A DNA stretch of 64,000 nucleotides from Xanthobacteraceae bacterium (GTDB lineage Bacteria; Pseudomonadota; Alphaproteobacteria; Rhizobiales; Xanthobacteraceae). Below the pieces are notes generated by a model. It was not told where the DNA came from, did no database searches, and worked only from the letters and a program-made list of their open reading frames with translations. Position numbers and translations under genes: made by a program. Positions 11,341-19,811 of this stretch are shown here, piece by piece. The number at the start of each line of letters is the position of its first letter. The first letter of the stretch is position 1. Where the stretch lies: NCBI GenBank assembly GCA_045811525.1, contig JBJMTV010000010.1:3385-67384 (forward strand), in the 5' to 3' direction.

Positions 11341-11490
11341 TGTGACCTCGTGCCGGGCTGATCTAACACGGCTGCGCATGCGGCGTCGCACCTCTTTGCG
11401 AGCTCACAGCGACGCTTACTTGTCACATGTCAGCGAGCCGCCCCGCACACCCCCCGCACGCCCGCACACCTGCCGCACGGAATCAAAGAC

Positions 11491-12201
11491 ATGCTCAGCG
11501 CAGTCGCCAGATCGCTCAGCCAGCTGCTCACACCCCCCTTCCGCACCGTGCTCGCGAAATCGGTGGGCCTCGCACTCGTGCTCGTCTTTTTGCTCGGTTT
11601 TGGGCTGCACCGGCTGTTGGTGTGGCTCGCGACCGCCGCGGAAGCATGGGCCGAAGGCATGCTCGGAACTGGCGTGCATACGTTGTTGGTGATTGCCAGC
11701 TCGATCGTCTCGATCGCCGCCGGGCTCGGTATCGTCGTCGGCGCAATCTTCTTGATGCCCGCAGTGACGGCGCTGGTTGCAGGTTTCTTTGCCGACGAGA
11801 TCGCGTTGCAAGTCGAGCACACGTACTACCCGCAGGAGCCCATCGGGACGGCCTTACCGCTCGGCACCGCCGCCCTGGAAGGCCTGAAAACCGGCCTCCT
11901 CGGCCTGGGGATTTATCTTTTCACGCTGCCATTCTGGCTGCTGGCAGGGGTTGGTGTGGTCATGTTCTTTCTCGCGACGGCCTTCCTGCTCAGTCGCGAA
12001 TATTTCGAGCTTGCCGCGATGCGCTACCGCTCGCCGCAGGAGGCAAAGCGGATGCGCCGGATGCACCAGGGCACCGTCTTCACGGCGGGGCTTTTCATCG
12101 CCGCCTTCGTCTCCATTCCAATCATCAATTTCGCCACGCCTGTCTTCGGCACCGCGTTGATGGTCCATGTGCACAAGCAGCTATCCCGAGGTCGGCGCTA
12201 A
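11491..12201 (+). CDS. CysZ/EI24-family membrane protein (often annotated sulfate transporter family protein)
   Basis: 236 aa with several hydrophobic helices. The N-terminus SLSQLLTPPFRTVLAKSVGLAL resembles the CysZ/EI24 family. The assignment is from memory of family features and has not been searched. Confidence 0.6.
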   Translation: MLSAVARSLSQLLTPPFRTVLAKSVGLALVLVFLLGFGLHRLLVWLATAAEAWAEGMLGTGVHTLLVIASSIVSIAAGLGIVVGAIFLMPAVTALVAGFFADEIALQVEHTYYPQEPIGTALPLGTAALEGLKTGLLGLGIYLFTLPFWLLAGVGVVMFFLATAFLLSREYFELAAMRYRSPQEAKRMRRMHQGTVFTAGLFIAAFVSIPIINFATPVFGTALMVHVHKQLSRGRR

Positions 12202-12309
12202 CCTGATAGCGCCGCCCCAAAGGTGGTGCGCTCCCTCACCCTGCAAGGGGGGAGGTGGCACCACCCGTGGCGCGTGACGCTACGAACGCCAGCTGCGCAA
12301 AGCGTGGCG

Positions 12310-13779
12310 CTATTGCGGCACGTCGGAGCCCTGGCGTTGCTTGGAGCGCCCGTTGCTCTGCCCTGCCTGGGCGGCCGTCTTTGTCTTGGCTGATTTCGGC
12401 AGCGCCGAGGCGACCGGACGGCTGGAGGCGCCGCTCGCTGATGCGCTCGCCGCAACAATGGCGCTGCCGCCGCTCGCGCGCCGACCCACGCTCTCATAGA
12501 GGAATCCGTACTGAGCGACCTCCTCCGGACGGTAGATGTTGCGCAGGTCGACCAATACCGGGCAGGCCATGGTCTGCCTCAGCCGTTCGAAATCAAGGGC
12601 GCGAAACTGTTCCCATTCTGTGGCAATGACGAGCGCATCAGCATTGTCGGCACAGCTATAGGGTCCATCGCAATAGACCACATCCGCAAGCACCGCCTTG
12701 GCTTGCTCGAGACCGGCAGGATCGTACACGCGTACCTTCGCGCCCATGTCCTGCAACGCGCTGATCAGCGGAATGGACGGCGCATCGCGCATGTCATCAG
12801 TGTCGGGCTTGAACGTGAGACCGAGCACCGCCACCGTTTTGCCGCGCAGCTGTCCAGCGAACGGCGCTGCAACCTTGCGCGCCATGGCGCGCTTGCGTGC
12901 CTCGTTCACCGCCAGCACGGTTTCGACGATGCGCAGGGGTGCCTGGTGATCCTGCCCCGTCTTGACGAGCGCCAGCGCATCTTTGGGAAAGCAGGAGCCG
13001 CCAAACCCGGGGCCAGCATGCAGGAACTTGGCACCGATGCGGTTGTCCAGCCCGATGCCGCGTGCCACCTGCTGGATGTCGGCATCAACCTTCTCGGCGA
13101 GATCTGCGATCTCATTGATGAAGGTGATCTTGGTCGCGAGGAAGGCGTTGGCGGCGTACTTGATCAGCTCGGCGGTACGGCGTGTCGTGTAAAGGATCGG
13201 CGCCTGGTTGAGGTACAGCGGCCGATAGATTTCGGCCATCACCTTGCGCGCTCTTTCGTCCTCGCTGCCGACCACGATGCGATCGGGATGTTTGAAGTCG
13301 CGAATTGCCGCGCCCTCGCGCAGGAACTCGGGGTTCGAGACGACGGCGAACTCGGCGTCCGGCCGCTCGTCGCGCAGCACTCGCTCGATCTCGTCGCCGG
13401 TCCCGACCGGCACGGTCGATTTGGTGATGATCACCGTGAAGCCGTCGAGCGCCGCGGCAATCTCTCGTGTGGCTGCGAACACATAAGACAGATCGGCGTA
13501 GCCATCGCCACGGCGCGAGGGCGTGCCGACGGCAATGAAAACAGCTTCCGCGGCGGCTGTGGGCCCGGCAAGTTCGGTTGTGAAATGCAGCCGGCCCGCC
13601 TTCGAGTTCGTGCGGACCATGCGATCGAGATCGGGCTCATAAAGCGGAATCTCGCCCCGTTGCAGCGCGGTCACCTTTTCCGCGTCCTTGTCGACGCAGG
13701 TCACCTCGTGCCCGAAATCGGCAAAGCAGGCCCCCGACACGAGCCCCACATAGCCGGTACCGATCATCGCAATGCGCAT
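12310..13779 (-). CDS. ugd: UDP-glucose 6-dehydrogenase with a low-complexity C-terminal tail
   Basis: MRIAMIGTGYVGLVSGACFA Rossmann N-terminus and a catalytic GFGGSCFPKD motif. About 55 extra Ala/Ser/Lys-rich residues lie at the C-terminus. Confidence 0.9.
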   Translation of the reverse strand: MRIAMIGTGYVGLVSGACFADFGHEVTCVDKDAEKVTALQRGEIPLYEPDLDRMVRTNSKAGRLHFTTELAGPTAAAEAVFIAVGTPSRRGDGYADLSYVFAATREIAAALDGFTVIITKSTVPVGTGDEIERVLRDERPDAEFAVVSNPEFLREGAAIRDFKHPDRIVVGSEDERARKVMAEIYRPLYLNQAPILYTTRRTAELIKYAANAFLATKITFINEIADLAEKVDADIQQVARGIGLDNRIGAKFLHAGPGFGGSCFPKDALALVKTGQDHQAPLRIVETVLAVNEARKRAMARKVAAPFAGQLRGKTVAVLGLTFKPDTDDMRDAPSIPLISALQDMGAKVRVYDPAGLEQAKAVLADVVYCDGPYSCADNADALVIATEWEQFRALDFERLRQTMACPVLVDLRNIYRPEEVAQYGFLYESVGRRASGGSAIVAASASASGASSRPVASALPKSAKTKTAAQAGQSNGRSKQRQGSDVPQ

Positions 13780-14076
13780 GTGAGAGTTCCAACCCTTCCG
13801 TCAGAACGTTTGATCCGATCCGCTTCGTCTTGTCGACCCTGGATCGTCGCAGGCCGGCGGCGGGCACAATGAACCGCAAGTGGACGGCGTGAAGTCATGA
13901 GAATGACATAGAAGGAGTTCGGCGAGTGGGACGGTCAACTCATTTCGCTTCACCGCACGGTTTAGCAGAGTCGAGTTACGAACACATGGCACCCGCGCGG
14001 ATATGCGTTCGGAACTCACGCGCAACTCCTCGCTTGAAGTCGTGTCCCGCAATGAGCGCAGGAGTGCCATTTCCCC

Positions 14077-14613
14077 GTGCGGCCGCAAGTTGACGAGCAA
14101 AAGCACCTAACGCGCATCGTCGAGCGCAACATAACCGCGTTGTGCGAACGTCGGCGCCAGGAAACGGAAGCGCTGTCGCTGCAAGACCGCATCGCCGATG
14201 CGATCACGCGATTCACCGGGAGCATGACATTCGTTTACGTGCATCTCGCCATATTCGGTCTGTGGATTGTTGCGAACCTGCACTGGATCCCGGGGATTCC
14301 CGCCTGGGATGAGTCTTTCGTCGTTCTGGCGATGCTGGCCTCGGTCGAGGCGATCTTCCTCTCGACCTTCATTCTGATCACGCAGAACCGTATGGCGGTA
14401 GTGGCCGACAAGCGAGCCGACCTCGATCTGCAAATCAGCCTTCTGGCCGAGCACGAGATCACCAAGCTCGCCCAGCTCGTCGCAGAAATGGCGCGGGTTC
14501 TTGGCGTCGGCGCGGCCGTCGATGAAGACCTCGAGGAGGTCCAGCAGGATATCAAGCCCGAGGCCGTGCTCGATGCCATGGAGCACCAGGACCGAGCCAT
14601 GAACAAGCGCTGA
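14077..14613 (+). CDS. DUF1003 domain membrane protein
   Basis: GTG start. Two TM helices are followed by QNRMAVVADKRADLDLQISLLAEHEITKL, which is typical of DUF1003. Confidence 0.7.
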   Translation: MRPQVDEQKHLTRIVERNITALCERRRQETEALSLQDRIADAITRFTGSMTFVYVHLAIFGLWIVANLHWIPGIPAWDESFVVLAMLASVEAIFLSTFILITQNRMAVVADKRADLDLQISLLAEHEITKLAQLVAEMARVLGVGAAVDEDLEEVQQDIKPEAVLDAMEHQDRAMNKR

Positions 14614-14642
14614 TCACGCGGCATCGGTTCCGCGCGCATACC

Positions 14643-15740
14643 TCAGCGCGGTATGCCTGCGAGCATTTCCCGCTGGATAGCCACGCCGGGTTCCGCGCCC
14701 GCGGGCGGGGCGCCCGGGCGCCCGTAGATGCGGTCGAGCGCTGCCGCCACTTCCACCAGTTGCGCCGCACTCGCATCGAACCGCTGCCCCTGCGCCAGGC
14801 GCGCCGTCCAGTCAACGGCGGCACGGCCGAACCAAGCGTCAGGAGGCGTGGCGATGACCTCGCGTGACGTGCCGCGGCTGTGCACCGCGACAAAGTCGAA
14901 GAATGACCCGTCGACATTGCTGAGCTCGGCGCCGCCTTTGGTGCCATGAAATGCTGCGGCAATGACGGCGTCACGGCCTGCGTGCAGCCGCCATGAGCAG
15001 GCGAGCCGCACCGTTGTGCCGCCGGCGAGCGTCAGCGTGGCAAAAGCGCAGTCCTCGACCCGATCGACGTCTGCCACTAACCGCTCGCCGGCTGCGAACA
15101 GCGTGCTTGAGACCTCCTCAACGGGAGGGAAATCCAGCGTCCAAAGCGCAAGGTCGACGAGGTGCACGCCCAGGTCCATGACGCACCCGCCGCCCGATAA
15201 TTTCCAGTCATAGAACCACGGCTTGTCCGGGCCGTAGGCATTATGAAAGGTCAAGTCGACGGCAAAGATGCGCCCCAACGCACCGCTGCGTGCCAAGTCG
15301 CGCACGCGGCACATTCCTGCGGTGAAACGATACGACAGATCGACGGCGAGCAGTCGGTCGGCACTGCGCGCCGCGGCAACCACGGCACTCACCTCGTCGG
15401 CAGTGCGCCCGAGCGGCTTTTGGCAGAATACCGCGGCACCGCACTTTAACGCTCGAATGGCCTGGTCGGCATGCAGCGCCGTCGGTGTGGCGATCACGAT
15501 GGCATCGAGAGGCTCTTCGATAAGCTCGTCGAAGCTCGCCAGGCACTTTGCACCTGGCGCGATCTCCAGCGCGCGTGCGCGCATTTCCGCAGAGGCATCG
15601 GCGATTGCGGCAGCCTCGACCGCTCCAGCTTCGAGCATCGCTTTCATGCGGTGGTGACCGATCCAGCCCACCCCGGCAAAGCCAACGCGAGGACGATGCC
15701 GCGGCTCGACCCTCGGTGCCGGTTCGAGTCCGCCGTTCAT
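14643..15740 (-). CDS. Gfo/Idh/MocA family oxidoreductase
   Basis: The N-terminal Rossmann motif VGFAGVGWIGHHRM follows ATG 15740. The start overlaps the stop of the upstream dehydrogenase (TAATG). Confidence 0.8.
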   Translation of the reverse strand: MNGGLEPAPRVEPRHRPRVGFAGVGWIGHHRMKAMLEAGAVEAAAIADASAEMRARALEIAPGAKCLASFDELIEEPLDAIVIATPTALHADQAIRALKCGAAVFCQKPLGRTADEVSAVVAAARSADRLLAVDLSYRFTAGMCRVRDLARSGALGRIFAVDLTFHNAYGPDKPWFYDWKLSGGGCVMDLGVHLVDLALWTLDFPPVEEVSSTLFAAGERLVADVDRVEDCAFATLTLAGGTTVRLACSWRLHAGRDAVIAAAFHGTKGGAELSNVDGSFFDFVAVHSRGTSREVIATPPDAWFGRAAVDWTARLAQGQRFDASAAQLVEVAAALDRIYGRPGAPPAGAEPGVAIQREMLAGIPR

Positions 15741-16720
15741 TACATCGTCACCAGCGCCTTGAGAAAGCCGTCCGGACGATCGCGCGTGGCGTTGAGCGCA
15801 TCCCCCAGACGCTCGAGCGGAAACGAATGCGTGCACAAGGGTGCCGGATCAAAACGGCCGGACGCGACCGCGCCGATCGCTTCGCGGATTCCGCGCAGAT
15901 AGATCGCCGGATCGCGCTCGTGCGCGTTGATGACGTCAATGCCGCGCCAGTTCCACAACCACATATTCACTTGGCGTGGGCCGTCCTGGTGGTAACCGGC
16001 AATGATCAGCCGCCCGCGCTCGCGTGTCAGCTCTGCTGCAAGATCGAGGGCGCGCTGCTGGCCCACCGCCTCTATGACCTGATCGCACAAGGCGCTGCCG
16101 GTCAGCTCCTTCACGCGCTCAATGACGTTATCATCGAGCGCAATCGTCTCCGCCGCGCCCATCCGCCGCGCCACGTCCAGCGAATAAGGACGCCGCGAGA
16201 TGGCAATGACGCGCGCTCCCGCCTGCGTCACGAGACGCGTCAGGATGGCACCGAGGAAGCCGATGCCGACAATGGCGACGGTCTGGCCGGCGGCGATGCG
16301 GCTGCGATCGAAAATGTTCATGGCGCAGCCAAGCGGCTCGCCCGGAAACGGGCGGTCTGCCAGCGCCGACGGAAGGGGTACCAGGGCGTCGGCGGCCGCC
16401 AGGTCGTACTCGGCATAGCTGTTATAGGAGAGCGCTGCCACGCGCTCGCCCAGCCCGATTTTCTCGACCCCTTCTCCCACCACATCGACGACGCCCCAGG
16501 CCTCATGCCCGAGGGCGCCCGGGTCGGTCGGAAATTTCATCCATTCAGGACCCGACCACGGGGTCAGATTGGAGGCACAGACGCCGCATCCCTCGAGGCG
16601 CAGCCGTACCTGTCCGGCAGCGGGCGAGGGCCGCGGCACGACCTTGATGTCGACGCGTCCGGGCCCGGTCAGGACGGCGGCACGCATGGTGCCATTGCTG
16701 GACGACGTGGTGGATGGCAT
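15740..16720 (-). CDS. zinc-binding medium-chain alcohol dehydrogenase family protein
   Basis: GHEAWGVV zinc-ligand motif and a GIGFLGAIL nucleotide-binding motif. It is translationally coupled to the Gfo/Idh/MocA gene. Confidence 0.8.
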   Translation of the reverse strand: MPSTTSSSNGTMRAAVLTGPGRVDIKVVPRPSPAAGQVRLRLEGCGVCASNLTPWSGPEWMKFPTDPGALGHEAWGVVDVVGEGVEKIGLGERVAALSYNSYAEYDLAAADALVPLPSALADRPFPGEPLGCAMNIFDRSRIAAGQTVAIVGIGFLGAILTRLVTQAGARVIAISRRPYSLDVARRMGAAETIALDDNVIERVKELTGSALCDQVIEAVGQQRALDLAAELTRERGRLIIAGYHQDGPRQVNMWLWNWRGIDVINAHERDPAIYLRGIREAIGAVASGRFDPAPLCTHSFPLERLGDALNATRDRPDGFLKALVTM

Positions 16721-16848
16721 TTCGCGCTGGCTCGGCTCCGGCGGCTCAAATCCGCGCTGCTGCTCTGGGTTCCGCCAGTCAAAGGTCGGTCAGCATGTAA
16801 GACGTGGACGCCCGCGGCAAGAGCGCGTATAGGCGCGTGCTCAACGGC

Positions 16849-16896
16849 CAAGTGCAGGGACAAGTGCAGGGACAAGTACAGGCACAAGTGCGGGCA
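16849..16896. repeat. 4 x 12-bp tandem repeat (CAAGTGCAGGGA consensus)
   Basis: CAAGTGCAGGGA CAAGTGCAGGGA CAAGTACAGGCA CAAGTGCGGGCA read directly. It lies in the divergent region between the dehydrogenase operon and tRNA-Thr. Confidence 0.85.
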
Positions 16897-16932
16897 TGAC
16901 TTGCGTTCAGTCCTGCTCTAGATTGGCGGGAA

Positions 16933-17007
16933 GCCGCAATAGCTCAACGGTAGAGCAATCGCTTCGTAAGCGATAGGTTGCAGGTTCAAATCCTGCTTGC
17001 GGCACCA
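16933..17007 (+). tRNA. tRNA-Thr (anticodon CGT)
   Basis: Manual cloverleaf: acceptor GCCGCAA/TTGCGGC, D arm GCTC-AACGGTA-GAGC, anticodon arm ATCGC-TTCGTAA-GCGAT, T arm GCAGG-TTCAAAT-CCTGC, discriminator A, encoded CCA. Confidence 0.95.
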
Positions 17008-17068
17008 CCGTTCTCGCTCAGGAACGGCAGACGCGCCCGCAGATTCGCGGCAGCGTCTAGAACTAGGC

Positions 17069-17311
17069 TCAGTTTTGAACTGAGCGAGGCGTTCCTCGAT
17101 CGAGCGGCACGGATGCCGCGCCTCCCCCTTCGCTCATCTCAGCGCGCGCCCCGCGTTCATAGAGGTCACGGGTCGCCTGCTCGCTTGCTGCTTCGGACCC
17201 AGCACGCCGCTTGCGCCACACCATCGTTCCGTAAACGAGTGCGATCCCGAGCGCCGCGACCATGGCTACGTCGATGACCCACCAAAGCCACCATCCCGCG
17301 TCAGCATTCAT
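17069..17311 (-). CDS. hypothetical small membrane protein
   Basis: MNADAGWWLWWVIDVAMVAALGIALVYGTMVW has one clear TM helix. There is no recognisable family, so coding status is uncertain. Confidence 0.3.
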   Translation of the reverse strand: MNADAGWWLWWVIDVAMVAALGIALVYGTMVWRKRRAGSEAASEQATRDLYERGARAEMSEGGGAASVPLDRGTPRSVQN

Positions 17312-17479
17312 GGGCCGTTTCCTTCTGCTGCTGCCCGTGACAACGCGCCAGAACGCATTCTGATCCGGCCGCCCGCCGGTCCGGTTGGGCGGCGGCATGG
17401 GGTCATGCCCCTTCGGCCATGGGCGCGCAGTTCGCCGGAGGGGCAGCAGCCTCGCACCGCCGCTTTGCGCGCTTGCCGC

Positions 17480-18295
17480 CTAAGCCTGCGGATCTGTCCG
17501 CCGTTTCAAATTCGTGAGCGGATAGCGGTGCACCTCCTGCAGGAGTCCCACGAGAGAGCGCGCGGCTTCATCAAGCGAGCGCGTGCCGCGCTCGGCGTCC
17601 GCGGCCCGTGCATTGCCGCACGCACCCGAAGGATGCAGGTCTTGCGTCTGCCAGGCGAATGCAATCCTCGGCCCGGACACGAGATAGCGGTAGTCGGGAG
17701 CGAGCTCGCGCGCGAGCGGCCGGAAGTCATCGGCCTTGTGCATCTGCACGAGCTCGGGGGCGAGCGCCAGCATCATCGATGTCTCTTTCTCGCCGCCGTG
17801 AATGCCGTAGGTCAGCTCCTCCTCGGCGTAAGTCCCCGGGGGGGCATCGAACATGTAGCTGCTGGCGCAAACCGCCAGCATCTCCAGTCGCACGCGCAGA
17901 TCGCGGGCGACGATCTCCATAATCTCCGGCTGGCCGCCATGCGTATTGAACAAGACGAGCCGTCGCAATCCCGCGCGGTGCACGCTCTCGCCGATCTCGG
18001 TCCAGAGGCGGATAATGGTGTCGGCGGACAATGATAGCGTACCGGGAAACGCCAGATGCTCGTTCGATTTACCGATGGCCTGCATCGGCAGGAACGTCAC
18101 CGGCAGGTCAGCAGGCAACAACGTGATGGTGCGCTCGACAATGCCCTTGTTGATGCAGGCATCGACGCAGACCGGAAGATGCGGTCCGTGCTGCTCGACC
18201 GCAGCGACCGGCAGCACAGCAACGGTATCGCCTGGGAGCACCGAAAATTCTTCGGTGGTCATCTCGATCCAGCGGCGACGCGGCAAGCCGATCAT
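17480..18295 (-). CDS. creatininase family protein (creatinine amidohydrolase-like)
   Basis: The EQHGPHLP and FNTHGGQ motifs are characteristic of the creatininase fold. The start is ATG 18295 or 18340. Confidence 0.8.
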   Translation of the reverse strand: MIGLPRRRWIEMTTEEFSVLPGDTVAVLPVAAVEQHGPHLPVCVDACINKGIVERTITLLPADLPVTFLPMQAIGKSNEHLAFPGTLSLSADTIIRLWTEIGESVHRAGLRRLVLFNTHGGQPEIMEIVARDLRVRLEMLAVCASSYMFDAPPGTYAEEELTYGIHGGEKETSMMLALAPELVQMHKADDFRPLARELAPDYRYLVSGPRIAFAWQTQDLHPSGACGNARAADAERGTRSLDEAARSLVGLLQEVHRYPLTNLKRRTDPQA

Positions 18296-18343
18296 GAGGC
18301 GTAGCTCTCCCGTGGAAGCTTTGTGCCGGGTGTAGGGCAAGTC

Positions 18344-18897
18344 ACTTTACCGGGACGCGGGCAGGGTGCGCAAAGGCGCGCACGGCTTAACGATTACCAG
18401 CATTGAAACGGTTACAAGCGCGCCGTGCGCACCAGCGAAACTGACGGTGCGCACGCCGCGTTGGAGCCTGTGCTGCGTGAGAGTTGTGGGTGGTCTCGCG
18501 GCTTTGCGCACCCTACTTCGCACCTGAGCCGAGGTTTACCGGGGCACCGGTAGGGTGCGCAAAGGCGCGCACGGCTTAACGGTTACCAGCAGTGAAACGG
18601 TTACGAACGCGCCGTGCGCACCGGCCGAAACTGACGGTGCGCACGCCGCGTTGGAGCTTGTGCTGCGTGAGAGTTGTGGGCGGTCTCGCGGCTTTGCGGA
18701 CCCTACTTCGCACCCGAGGCGAGGTTTACCGGGGCGCCGGTAGGGTGCGCAAAGGCGCGCACGGCTTCACGGTTACCTGCAGTGAAACGGTTACGAGCGC
18801 ACCGTGCGCACCAGCGAAACTGACGCTGCGCACGCCGCGTTGCACCTTGTGCTGCGTGAGAGTTGTGGGCGGTCTCGCGGCTTTGCGCACCCTACCT
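18344..18897. repeat. three tandem ~190-bp units of palindromic repeat family A
   Basis: AGGGTGCGCAAAGG recurs at 18363, 18552 and 18742. Units are bounded by GTAGGGTGCGCAAAG / CTTTGCGCACCCTAC inverted repeats and contain an inner GCGCCGTGCGCACC / GGTGCGCACGCCGC inverted repeat. Confidence 0.9.
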
Positions 18898-18962
18898 ACT
18901 GCGCCAAAGCTTCTTCGCTGCTAGTGTAGCGGTACGAGGAGTCCAGGCCGGGGAGTAGTGCT

Positions 18963-19754
18963 GTGACCACCGCGAATGAGGCGACGATCAACGGCATTCG
19001 CATCGAGCTGATCGAGCGCGGACAGGGCCGGCCAATCCTGTTCTTGCATCCGGCGACCGGGATCGCCGGCGCCGGCCCTGCGCTCGATGCGCTGGCGGTG
19101 CATGGGCGGGTGTTGGCGCCGGTTCACCCGGGGTTCGGTCACTCGGAGGCACCCAAGTCGTTCGACTCAGTCGCCGACCTCGCCTACTTCTACCTCGATT
19201 TTCTCGAAGCGCAGAAGCTCGATGGTGTGGCGCTCGTCGGAGTATCGTTCGGCGCCTGGGTGGCGGCGGAGATCGCGATCAAGTCGACGGCACGCCTCTC
19301 GCACCTGGTGCTCGCCAATCCCATCGGCATCAAGGTCGGCGCGCGCGAGGAACGCGACATCGTCGACATGTTCGCGCTGACCGAGGACGAATATCTCGCT
19401 CTGGCTTATCACGATGCCAAGCGCGGGAAGCGCGACTACAAGTCGATGCCGGAATCCGAGGTCCTCGCGGCCTCGCGCAACCGCGAGGCGATCGCCCGTT
19501 ATGCCTGGTCGCCCTACATGCACGATCCCAAGCTCAAGGGCCGCCTGCATCGCATCAAGGTGCCGACGCTCATTCTGTGGGGCACGAGCGACCGCCTGGC
19601 CTCGGAAGCCTACGGCCGCGCATTCTGCGCCGCTATACCGGGGGCACGCTTCCAGCGCCTCGAGCACGCCGGCCACTATGCTCACGAAGAGCAGCCGCAA
19701 GCGTTCGTCGAAGCGGTGGCGGCATTCATCGGCGGCTCGCATAAGGGCGGGTAG
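18963..19754 (+). CDS. alpha/beta hydrolase (meta-cleavage-product hydrolase-like)
   Basis: 263 aa with a nucleophile elbow GVSFGA and a C-terminal HYAHEEQP motif. Confidence 0.8.
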   Translation: MTTANEATINGIRIELIERGQGRPILFLHPATGIAGAGPALDALAVHGRVLAPVHPGFGHSEAPKSFDSVADLAYFYLDFLEAQKLDGVALVGVSFGAWVAAEIAIKSTARLSHLVLANPIGIKVGAREERDIVDMFALTEDEYLALAYHDAKRGKRDYKSMPESEVLAASRNREAIARYAWSPYMHDPKLKGRLHRIKVPTLILWGTSDRLASEAYGRAFCAAIPGARFQRLEHAGHYAHEEQPQAFVEAVAAFIGGSHKGG

Positions 19755-19811
19755 CGATCGCATCGCCGCGACGCTACAATTCGAACATCAATCCCTGGCC
19801 GCGCAGAGACG

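Noticed and set aside
12222-12265. The nested hairpin GGTGGTGC ... CTCCC-loop-GGGAG ... GCACCACC between the convergent cysZ-like and ugd genes, as a bidirectional terminator.
   Set aside because: The stem is real, but there is no flanking T/A tract, so it cannot be distinguished from another degenerate repeat. It is noted here but not annotated.
18344-18897. The tandem repeats as a CRISPR array, or as coding sequence (track ORFs 18555-18743 and 18592-18924).
   Set aside because: The units are about 190 bp, contiguous and near-identical, with no unique spacers, and no cas genes are in the window. The ORFs merely translate the repeat into reiterated peptides.
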